In this document: one piece after another, positions 9,491-16,679 of the stretch
Layout: each line of letters begins with the position of its first letter
Numbering within the stretch: the first letter of the stretch is position 1
IMG/VR virus record: IMGVR_UViG_3300013741_000003
DNA length: 20,000 nucleotides
Reading direction: 5' to 3' (one strand)
Source: an uncultured virus (IMG/VR IMGVR_UViG_3300013741_000003)
Taxonomy: Duplodnaviria > Heunggongvirae > Uroviricota > Caudoviricetes
Program-made: the position numbers and the translations under genes
Notes under the pieces: generated by a model
Database searches by the model: none
What the model was told of the DNA's origin: nothing
What the model saw: the letters and a program-made list of their open reading frames with translations, nothing else

Positions 9491-9643
9491 TTAATATGCT
9501 TCTTCAAGTTCAAAAACTTCTTTTCGTCCTCGGACTGTTTTATTAAGCTTTTTGTTATCTCGTTTTGTATTTGAGGCCAAAGCACGATTCTGTTTTTTAG
9601 AATTATCAAATTTTTCAACACGATTACCATTAGAACTTTGCAT
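9491..9643 (-). CDS. Basic microprotein, RVEKFD family copy 1 (50 aa), not in ORF track
   Basis: MQSSNGNRVEKFDNSKKQNRALASNTKRDNKKLNKTVRGRKEVFELEEAY*; TAAGGA RBS; own promoter and terminator; paralog at 14835..14978. Confidence 0.85.
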   Translation of the reverse strand: MQSSNGNRVEKFDNSKKQNRALASNTKRDNKKLNKTVRGRKEVFELEEAY

Positions 9644-9701
9644 AACTTTATCCTTATTTACTTATTAATTAAAACTTACCACTCTTTAAGACAGTGAAAA
9701 C

Positions 9702-9730
9702 AGTATATCAATATGACTTTTTTATTACAA
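9702..9730 (-). promoter_or_regulatory. sigma70-type promoter for RVEKFD copy 1
   Basis: TTGTAA-17 bp-TATACT with TG extension. Confidence 0.7.
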
Positions 9731-9765
9731 CAACTTTTTTGTTATTTTCGTTTAAATGGTTATTT

Positions 9766-10188
9766 TTACAGCATTTCTCGCTCAACGAAATCTCCAATTT
9801 TCATTTTTTTTGTTTTTCCTTTTACAAAATATACCAAACCTTTATAACCAATCTCTTGAAGTTCTTCATCACCAAAAATAGAAAGGAATGTATCTTCATC
9901 TGAAAAGTTGGAAATAATCAAAGCATCTTCATCATCATATTCTCTTACTACTTTCTTTTTAGATAAAGCATCTTTTATATCTTTAATTGTTGTAACTTCA
10001 TATTTTACATACGGTGTAACGAAACACATTTGATTAGGATCTACTTGAGTAGAATTGTGATCTTCTTTGGTAATAATGATTTTTCCATCAAGTTTTTCAA
10101 CATCAAAAATCAAATCATCTGAAATATAATCAGGACTTTGATCATCTACTAATGATACTGTATAACATACTTTTTGTTCATCAAACAT
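9766..10188 (-). CDS. Hypothetical acidic protein (~140 aa; start MFDEQ preferred over 10203)
   Basis: GAGG 6 nt upstream of the ATG at 10188; no RBS at 10203. Confidence 0.7.
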   Translation of the reverse strand: MFDEQKVCYTVSLVDDQSPDYISDDLIFDVEKLDGKIIITKEDHNSTQVDPNQMCFVTPYVKYEVTTIKDIKDALSKKKVVREYDDEDALIISNFSDEDTFLSIFGDEELQEIGYKGLVYFVKGKTKKMKIGDFVEREML

Positions 10189-10219
10189 TTTAAACCTCTT
10201 CATCTGAAAGAAATATTTA

Positions 10220-10522
10220 TTAATCTTCTGGAAAAATCTCTTTTAAGGCATTAAAAAGTAAACGTATATTTAGCTTTTTAGTAACATAATGAGATGAGTA
10301 ATCATCATATTCCCAAATATTATACAACTCTAGCCTTTTAAATTGAAGGAAGGTCATATCTGAACAAAAAAGTTCTAAAACGTCAAGGAACTCTTTAGGA
10401 TCTTTTGGTTCTTCATTGCCAATCTCCCATGATTTTTGAATCGTTAGATGCTTATTGCTTAGATATTCTTTAATAATATCTTCAAATTCTCTACAATTCT
10501 TAAGTCTACTTAACTCTTTCAT
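10220..10522 (-). CDS. Hypothetical protein (100 aa)
   Basis: GAGGA RBS. Confidence 0.75.
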   Translation of the reverse strand: MKELSRLKNCREFEDIIKEYLSNKHLTIQKSWEIGNEEPKDPKEFLDVLELFCSDMTFLQFKRLELYNIWEYDDYSSHYVTKKLNIRLLFNALKEIFPED

Positions 10523-10540
10523 TTATAATCCTCATGCAAT

Positions 10541-10577
10541 AAAAAAGAAACCAATAAGACAACATCTTATCAGTTTC
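10541..10577 (-). terminator. Intrinsic terminator closing the pilin unit
   Basis: Minus strand GAAACTGATAAGA-TGTTG-TCTTATTGGTTTC-TTTTTT (with G-U pairs). Confidence 0.75.
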
Positions 10578-10599
10578 CTTTATGATCTACAATGATTAT

Positions 10600-11166
10600 T
10601 TATTGGAATGAGAATGTTATTGTACCATTTTCTCCTGATATCTTATCACAAACATCAGCAGTATTGGATACACTATAAGATACGTTAGCCATCTCATTTT
10701 TAGCCCAATAAGAGCCTACAGCAATAATTTCCATAGTTGGACCAACAGCCGTTATTAGTTTAACACATACATCTTTAGGAACATTATCATACTGAACGTT
10801 TGCGACCACTTTACCAAAAGATACCCAATTTGTTGCACTTAATGTTACTTTACCTCCAAAACTATTAACAACTCCTGTTACTGTATTTCCACTTTTTTGT
10901 AACATATTTTCAGGGAATATATTCGCATTTATTGCTATAGTATTATTGATATTCCCAGCTATTGTTGCTTGAGAGGCATACAATGCTAATATTCCAGATC
11001 TTATTGTTGCTATATTTTTTGCCTCAGCATCCACTGCCTGAGATGTTCTTACTTTGGGATAGACAATAAAAGCTGCTACGATTAATGCTGCTATTATTCC
11101 TAATACCAATAATAATTCCAATAAAGAAAATCCCTTTCCTTTTTTCATTTTTAAAAATTTACTCAT
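10600..11166 (-). CDS. pilS: Type IV major prepilin, PilS-like, copy 1
   Basis: Class III signal KKGKG/FSLLE with Glu+5 and a hydrophobic helix; IFP-x-NM, N-x-FGG-x-V and Y-x-NVP-x3-C-x-KL...C match plasmid PilS-type pilins; promoter TTGCGC-17-TATGGT at 11225-11253. Confidence 0.9.
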   Translation of the reverse strand: MSKFLKMKKGKGFSLLELLLVLGIIAALIVAAFIVYPKVRTSQAVDAEAKNIATIRSGILALYASQATIAGNINNTIAINANIFPENMLQKSGNTVTGVVNSFGGKVTLSATNWVSFGKVVANVQYDNVPKDVCVKLITAVGPTMEIIAVGSYWAKNEMANVSYSVSNTADVCDKISGENGTITFSFQ

Positions 11167-11382
11167 TATTTTTCCTTTATTGTAGATTAATTGTTAAATT
11201 AGCTTTCTATTAAGCTATTAATTAACCATAATAAATAAAAAACACTTGCGCAATACTGATATAACGAAATTAGAATAAAGATTTTTAGCATTGAGCCATA
11301 TTTTATGTATAAATATCATAAATAAAGGATATATTCTTTTAATATCTTATATTTAAATAGAAATATTTCTTTAACATTTATT

Positions 11383-11943
11383 TTATTCAAAATAGAAATT
11401 TATTACTGTATTATTGTCTGTTATTTGACCACAAGCTTTTGAAACGTTTGCTACACTATAAGGAACACCAACATTTTCATTTAAAGCCCAATATCCGCCT
11501 GCTGTTACTAAAAACATATTAGATCCTACTGCGGTAATTAACTTTGTACAAAGCTCTGTTGGAACATTATTATATTGTAAAGTAGCTACTGTTTTTCCAT
11601 ACCATAAACCTGTAACTAAAATTACGTCCCCTCCAAAACTATTTACAACTTTTGAAACAGCGCTTCCATTTTTTATAAGCATGTTGTCTGGAAATATTTG
11701 CGCCTGTATTGCTATTGAGTTATTTAATCCTCCTGATATTGTTGCTTGAGAGGCATATAAAGCTAATATTCCTGATCTTATTGTTGCAATATTCTTTGCC
11801 TCGGCATCTATTGATTGCGAGTTTCTTACTTTTGGATAAACAATAAATGCTCCTACTATAAGAGCTGCTATAACTCCTAGTACTAATAATAACTCTAATA
11901 AAGAAAATCCTTTTCCTTTTTTATCTTTATAAAAAATATTCAT
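11383..11943 (-). CDS. pilS: Type IV major prepilin, PilS-like, copy 2
   Basis: Same motifs as copy 1; about 60 N-terminal residues after the leader start are nearly identical to copy 1, C-terminal half diverged. Confidence 0.9.
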   Translation of the reverse strand: MNIFYKDKKGKGFSLLELLLVLGVIAALIVGAFIVYPKVRNSQSIDAEAKNIATIRSGILALYASQATISGGLNNSIAIQAQIFPDNMLIKNGSAVSKVVNSFGGDVILVTGLWYGKTVATLQYNNVPTELCTKLITAVGSNMFLVTAGGYWALNENVGVPYSVANVSKACGQITDNNTVINFYFE

Positions 11944-12284
11944 TAATTTTCCTTATGTTTTATTAATAAAAATATTACTTCACTTTAAACCTTTATATAG
12001 GATATAAATAGTATTTAAGCAATCAATAATTGTTAATATAATTTAAATATATTCTTTTATTACTATAAAAAAGATATAAATTTAGCTTATTATATGATCT
12101 ATTCCTCTTTAGAAAGTAAAAAAAAACGTTTTATACTTTTTATTTTAATTATTGATTCACATCAATATTATTTATCAATCAGAGTTTTGTAACTTTTTTA
12201 ACCTCCTTATTATTTGACAGAGCTTTTTTTAAAAGTGAACATATAAATATAAATGTTTCAAAATGTAAAAAAGGAATACTCTGT

Positions 12285-13892
12285 ATGAAATATAAAAATC
12301 ATAAAAAAGCGTTCTCTTTGGTAGAGTTAGTTTTAGTTTTAGGTGTCGGAACAATGGCTTCATTTATTAAATTTCAGGATATGAAAAATGAACAGGATTT
12401 AATGAAGGCATCGGCAGCAGGAGAGCAAATACAAAGGATTGGCTATGCTGTAAATAACTATATAGCCCTTCGATATGATAAGCTATCAACACTAACATCT
12501 AGTTCCAGCCAAAGTAGTGATCCCGGACCAAGAACATGTTCCGGCAATACATGCGTTATATCAGTACAAACATTAAAAAATGAAGGAATATTACCCAATA
12601 GCTATGTAGATAATAATTCTTTTAGATCTCCATATTCCATAGTAATAAAAAGAACAGGTTCAAGTCCAAACTATATCTTAGATGCTTTAATAACAACATC
12701 AGCAGCATGGATAGAGTCAGGAAATAATCCTCGATATGATTTATTGGGTTTTGCAATGCAGAAAGCAGGTGTTGACAGTGGCATGACAAAATCCAATACC
12801 AAAGCTGATGGATATAATGGTAATTGGAGTGAACTATCATCTTCATTTAGCAACATAACTAAACCCGGACAATTAGTATTTAGAGCAGGATACAATGCAT
12901 CTTTATACTCTGCTTTCTTGCGCCGTGATGGAACGCTCCCTATGACCGGAAATCTTAATATGGGAGGACAAGATATTGATAATGCTAAAAATATAACAGC
13001 ATCAGGAACGGGGAGTTTTGGAGGAAATATAACAGCTGCAAAAGAAGTTATAGCTCATAACGGTTATGGAGATGTTATTCGTATTGGGGGAGATACTTCA
13101 AATAATGATTATGAGATTTATCTCGGTACAGCTAATAAACCTTTATCTTTATGGTCATCCTCTACAGGTGGAAGCCCTTCAGATGCCAATAAAAATAACA
13201 CATTACTAAAAGTCTCAGGGGCTATACAATCAGGGACTATAAACTCTATAGGAGAAGTTAATGCTAATGGTAATATAACCTCTGGAAAACAATTAATCGG
13301 TCGCAATGGAGGAGGAGATATTTTTTATATTGGAGGGGGCGATGCCAATGACTACGAATTCAGATTAGGTTCAAATAAGCCATTAACTTTATGGAGATCG
13401 GGTGGTTTGACCACTGAGCAACGATTCCAAGTTTGGGGTAAACAAAATCATATAGGAGATTTCTCTATCTCTGGTGATGGAAATAGTAGTGGCTCTATAA
13501 CGGCTTCAGGAAATATTATTGGAGGTTATGTAAAATCTAATGGCAATATTGATGCAAGTAATCGTGTAAACGTAGGAGAGTTTATCAATCTTCAAAAGAC
13601 TGCAACAGTTGGAGCCTCTTGTAGCCCAAATGGTTTATTAGGTCGCCAATCAAATGGAGCAGCATTATCTTGTGTTAATGGAGCTTGGCAGGCGGCTGGA
13701 GCACCAAAGGTTTCTTTTTATAATGGTGGAGAATATTCTGGATCTCAAAATATGGGTGTTCATACATTCTGTACTATGAATTATGTGGGTAATGCAGAGG
13801 ATTCACATTATTGTAATGTTTATAAAAGCGGAAATAGTTGGATAAGGCAATGGCATAAAACAGGATGTAATTCTGTATGTTTAGATTTTTAA
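12285..13892 (+). CDS. pilV: Shufflon-type type IV pilus tip adhesin PilV-like protein (535 aa)
   Basis: Prepilin leader KKA/FSLVE; FLRRDGTLPMTGNLNMGG motif; GASCSPNGLLGR...LSCVNGAW at the end of the constant region; Cys-containing C-terminal adhesin segment; AAGGA RBS. Confidence 0.9.
   Translation: MKYKNHKKAFSLVELVLVLGVGTMASFIKFQDMKNEQDLMKASAAGEQIQRIGYAVNNYIALRYDKLSTLTSSSSQSSDPGPRTCSGNTCVISVQTLKNEGILPNSYVDNNSFRSPYSIVIKRTGSSPNYILDALITTSAAWIESGNNPRYDLLGFAMQKAGVDSGMTKSNTKADGYNGNWSELSSSFSNITKPGQLVFRAGYNASLYSAFLRRDGTLPMTGNLNMGGQDIDNAKNITASGTGSFGGNITAAKEVIAHNGYGDVIRIGGDTSNNDYEIYLGTANKPLSLWSSSTGGSPSDANKNNTLLKVSGAIQSGTINSIGEVNANGNITSGKQLIGRNGGGDIFYIGGGDANDYEFRLGSNKPLTLWRSGGLTTEQRFQVWGKQNHIGDFSISGDGNSSGSITASGNIIGGYVKSNGNIDASNRVNVGEFINLQKTATVGASCSPNGLLGRQSNGAALSCVNGAWQAAGAPKVSFYNGGEYSGSQNMGVHTFCTMNYVGNAEDSHYCNVYKSGNSWIRQWHKTGCNSVCLDF
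13023..13520 (+). repeat. Internal ~80-aa tandem repeat within PilV
   Basis: GNITAAKEVIAHNGYGDVIRIGGDTSNNDYEIYLGTANKPLSLW (from 13023) vs GNITSGKQLIGRNGGGDIFYIGGGDANDYEFRLGSNKPLTLW (from 13269); next GNI at 13509. Confidence 0.8.
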
Positions 13893-13905
13893 TATCTCTT
13901 TAAAT

Positions 13906-13932
13906 AAAAAAACCTCACGGAGTGAGGTTTTT
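13906..13932. terminator. Bidirectional terminator
   Basis: AAAAAAACCTCAC-GGA-GTGAGGTTTTT between convergent pilV and 13943..14320. Confidence 0.9.
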
Positions 13933-13942
13933 AATATTAATA

Positions 13943-14320
13943 CTACGCAACTTTATTAATTGAAACAATAAGTTTATATTCTGTTTCGTATTCAGCAGGA
14001 GTAAAAGAACCAAACCTGTTATTTTCACCAGTATAAGGAACTAGTTGTTCAAACGAGACCTGTTCAATATCAAATCCTGCATCATTATAGATAGTCTTCA
14101 ATTTTTCCAACGTTTCTTGATCTACAGGTTCTTTATGAAGGTATACTGTAATATCAAATTCATCCTCAACACCTTTTAGACTTTTCAATTTGGCACTAAT
14201 ATCTTCTTCAATTTTAGAAAAAGCTTTTTCAAAAGATGTGTGATTTTTTTCATGAATGTCTTTTTTTAAAGTTTCACTACGAGAAATGAGTTCTTTAGCA
14301 TTAATTTTAGGAGTTAACAT
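13943..14320 (-). CDS. Hypothetical protein (125 aa)
   Basis: GAGGT RBS; LKTIYNDAGF recalls the motif in 4051..4641. Confidence 0.8.
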   Translation of the reverse strand: MLTPKINAKELISRSETLKKDIHEKNHTSFEKAFSKIEEDISAKLKSLKGVEDEFDITVYLHKEPVDQETLEKLKTIYNDAGFDIEQVSFEQLVPYTGENNRFGSFTPAEYETEYKLIVSINKVA

Positions 14321-14331
14321 ATTAACCTCTC

Positions 14332-14751
14332 TTACACTTCGCCTTTATGAAAACAAATAGCGTTTTCTTCTACTTGTTTTGTTGAATATGAATTTATACT
14401 TCTTCCGAAAAAGAAATCATGGGCATACATGCCATTTCCAATATTAAATAAAAAAAGGTATTTACTCTTATCGCCCTTTTTAAGACGGAAAACAACAGCA
14501 TCTGCACAAGTTATATTACCAGTATCAAAGCTATCAGATTTAAAGTAATTTAAATCAAACAACCAACCTAAATAATCTTCTTCGTCTAACTGATTACTAT
14601 TTTCTGCTTGATTAATGAGATCTTCAACAGACTCATTATCTTTTATATACCATCCAAAATCTTCACAGCATTGGAATCTTAAATCGAAACCAACAAAGAT
14701 ATCATTTTCATCAATAAAGTTAATTGAATGGGCAAACTCTACTTTAATCAT
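14332..14751 (-). CDS. Phage-type hypothetical protein with QCCE...NG-x-Y-x-H motif (139 aa)
   Basis: GAGGA RBS; QCCEDFG and NGMYAH suggest a conserved metal-binding or catalytic site; function unknown. Confidence 0.75.
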   Translation of the reverse strand: MIKVEFAHSINFIDENDIFVGFDLRFQCCEDFGWYIKDNESVEDLINQAENSNQLDEEDYLGWLFDLNYFKSDSFDTGNITCADAVVFRLKKGDKSKYLFLFNIGNGMYAHDFFFGRSINSYSTKQVEENAICFHKGEV

Positions 14752-14799
14752 TTTATTTTCCTCAATAGTTTAAATACACCGATTTTTTCTATTAAGGAA

Positions 14800-14826
14800 A
14801 TGAGCTATGGTACGCACATAGCTCAT
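14800..14826 (-). terminator. Stem-loop after RVEKFD copy 2 (weak terminator or 3' stabiliser)
   Basis: ATGAGCTATG-7 nt-CATAGCTCAT perfect 10-bp stem, poor U tract. Confidence 0.6.
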
Positions 14827-14834
14827 ATTACATC

Positions 14835-14978
14835 TTATACGCCTTCATACTCATCTTCAGGGCGTTTACCACGCTTTACTTTACCTTTTTTACGGTTGTC
14901 TTGCTTACCGCCAAACTCATTACGATTAGCACGTTTATCTTTATCAAACTTTTCAACACGACCAAAAGAGCCTTGCAT
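14835..14978 (-). CDS. Basic microprotein, RVEKFD family copy 2 (47 aa), not in ORF track
   Basis: MQGSFGRVEKFDKDKRANRNEFGGKQDNRKKGKVKRGKRPEDEYEGV*; GAGGA RBS; CGT/GGT codon bias. Confidence 0.85.
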   Translation of the reverse strand: MQGSFGRVEKFDKDKRANRNEFGGKQDNRKKGKVKRGKRPEDEYEGV

Positions 14979-15015
14979 TTTTCATATCCTCATTTATTAA
15001 GTATTTTTTAAATTC

Positions 15016-15070
15016 AGGTTAGACGACTAACCTACAAAAGAAGTATAACATTTCATAAAATCAACATCAA
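15016..15070 (-). promoter_or_regulatory. sigma70-type promoter plus 5'-UTR hairpin for RVEKFD copy 2
   Basis: TTGATG-17-TATACT (15042-15070) with TG extension; AGGTTAG-TCGT-CTAACCT hairpin at 15016-15033. Confidence 0.7.
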
Positions 15071-15122
15071 CAATTATTTTCGCCATTCAATATTTTTGAA
15101 GTACACCATCAAAAATAACCTA

Positions 15123-15180
15123 TTGCATTATTTCATAAGTTATTATATTATGTATTTACTTTGTGATGTGGATCACAAAA
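15123..15180 (+). promoter_or_regulatory. Promoter followed by a palindrome matching the CRP core site
   Basis: TTGCAT-17-TATTAT (15123-15151), then TGTGA-TGTGGA-TCACA (15162-15177). Confidence 0.55.
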
Positions 15181-15207
15181 TATAAATTAACTAAAAGGAA
15201 AAATATT

Positions 15208-15411
15208 ATGAAAAATACAAAAGTTGCTTTACCATTATTACTTGTTTCATTGTTTGTTGGTTCATTTTCTGTTCAAGCATCTGAAACTGGAAACGGTCCA
15301 GAAAATGTAGAACATACACAAAGTTATAAAAACTTCATCAACCATCAATCAGTAGGTGGTCAGGTTCAAAGTGATGACAGTGTGTTCCAACAGCACGATA
15401 GTAACAACTAA
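15208..15411 (+). CDS. Small secreted/periplasmic protein (67 aa precursor)
   Basis: AAGGA RBS before the ATG at 15208; Sec signal MKNTKVALPLLLVSLFVGSFSVQA with a VQA cleavage site; polar Q/N/S/H-rich mature part. Confidence 0.8.
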   Translation: MKNTKVALPLLLVSLFVGSFSVQASETGNGPENVEHTQSYKNFINHQSVGGQVQSDDSVFQQHDSNN

Positions 15412-15415
15412 TAAT

Positions 15416-15441
15416 AAAAAAGGGAGCGCGGCTCCCTTTTT
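15416..15441. terminator. Bidirectional terminator
   Basis: AAAAAAGGGAGC-GCG-GCTCCCTTTTT. Confidence 0.9.
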
Positions 15442-15445
15442 CTTA

Positions 15446-16075
15446 TCAAATATTTTCTTCTTCTTTTACTTTTAAACTATTTAACATCTCACTATTAATA
15501 ACATCCCATAAAACTTTAGATGTCCCAATATTAAATCTTTCACTTTCTGGCGAACGACGTTCAAAATAAATTAAATCCATTTTTTCAAGCTTGTTAACTA
15601 ATTCACGTTCCTTTTTATTTAACTCTGATTCAATAATAGATCCACCATTAAGCACAGCATAATGAATTTTACCAAATGTAGTTTTATTAACATAGAAAGA
15701 ACTTCCTGTTAATTCTTTACAGGTTTTTGCTCTTGATTGTGGCTCAATACTTGATTTAGCAACATAGGTATCATAAAGCGTTTTAACAATAACATTCCAT
15801 AAAGTTTCATTGATTTCAACAAAATAAAAACCAACACAGCCTTTAGCACGACCAAATTTAATCAGCCCAACATCATTCATTTCTTTTAGAATGTCTATTT
15901 CTTCTTGATTTAGATGACCAACATTCATTAATTTTTCATTAGCAAAACAGTCTTGAATAAATGGAAGCAGACGTAGCTCTCGTATTGTTAGATCCCTACC
16001 AGTTACTTCTTTATAGATATTTAAGTCGGCATTTTCAATCTTTCCGCGAGGATTTAAAATAAACTCTTTAGACAT
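15446..16075 (-). CDS. Hypothetical protein with two tandem wHTH-like domains (209 aa)
   Basis: GAGGT RBS; promoter TAGCAT-17-TATACT at 16111-16139; internal duplication KEVTG..LNQEE..GLIKF..LWNVI / KELTG..LNKKE..DLIYF..LWDVI. Confidence 0.75.
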   Translation of the reverse strand: MSKEFILNPRGKIENADLNIYKEVTGRDLTIRELRLLPFIQDCFANEKLMNVGHLNQEEIDILKEMNDVGLIKFGRAKGCVGFYFVEINETLWNVIVKTLYDTYVAKSSIEPQSRAKTCKELTGSSFYVNKTTFGKIHYAVLNGGSIIESELNKKERELVNKLEKMDLIYFERRSPESERFNIGTSKVLWDVINSEMLNSLKVKEEENI

Positions 16076-16139
16076 AATGACCTCTTAATGTTATTTAGTG
16101 AATAGGATAAAGTATAGCAAATTCCCTTATTACATGCTA

Positions 16140-16601
16140 TTAAATAGTATAATTAACTTCATTTTTATTTAAGAAATGCATCAACTCAACTTTCGTAGTT
16201 CCAGCAAAATTATTGGTCAAAAAACGAGATATTGTTTTTTCATCAATCACTACAGCACAAAGTCCTTGCATTTCTTCTTCTGAATGCTTCCCTTTTTCAA
16301 ACCATGTTCCCATGATATATCTCACTTCGTTTTGTGGCAACTTTAAGATAAAACTGTCAATTTCTTGACCTTTAGCAGACTTAGTACTAATAAAAGGTTT
16401 TATCTTATCTTTGTAAGGCGTTAGGTCATACCCAATTTCTTCTTTCACTTCACGAATGACAGCTTCAAATGAAGATTCACCATCATTCGCTACGCCACCA
16501 ATAAATCCATATCCACCATTCCAACGAGAACTCATTAATACCCTAAGCCTTTCAGTGGAAAAACCTTCGCAATACATTAAAATAAAACCAGCCTTGTTCA
16601 T
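16140..16601 (-). CDS. Nudix hydrolase, NUDT16-like
   Basis: Perfect Nudix box G-VANDG-E-SSFEAVI-REVKEEIGY; flanking LMSSRWNGGYGFIGG and FLTNNFAGTTKVEL recall NUDT16 family motifs. Confidence 0.9.
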   Translation of the reverse strand: MNKAGFILMYCEGFSTERLRVLMSSRWNGGYGFIGGVANDGESSFEAVIREVKEEIGYDLTPYKDKIKPFISTKSAKGQEIDSFILKLPQNEVRYIMGTWFEKGKHSEEEMQGLCAVVIDEKTISRFLTNNFAGTTKVELMHFLNKNEVNYTI

Positions 16602-16679
16602 TACTTTTTTATTTCCTGATATCTTATAATAGAGGCTATTTTACATAACCTCTTCTTAATGCACAAGTATTAAATATAC

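Noticed and set aside
9694..9903. Track ORF 9694..9903 (+)
   Set aside because: Phe-rich antisense shadow overlapping a minus-strand gene and promoter
11300..12250. TATAAATA boxes resembling T4 late promoters
   Set aside because: Expected by chance in such AT-rich intergenic DNA; no consistent positioning
12622..13306. Three short minus-strand ORFs within pilV
   Set aside because: Antisense to a well-supported gene
13640..14320. Active shufflon downstream of pilV
   Set aside because: No sfx repeats, alternative C-terminal segments or tyrosine recombinase visible
14728..15000. Track ORF 14728..15000 (+)
   Set aside because: Antisense of the RVEKFD microprotein, which has RBS, promoter and a paralog
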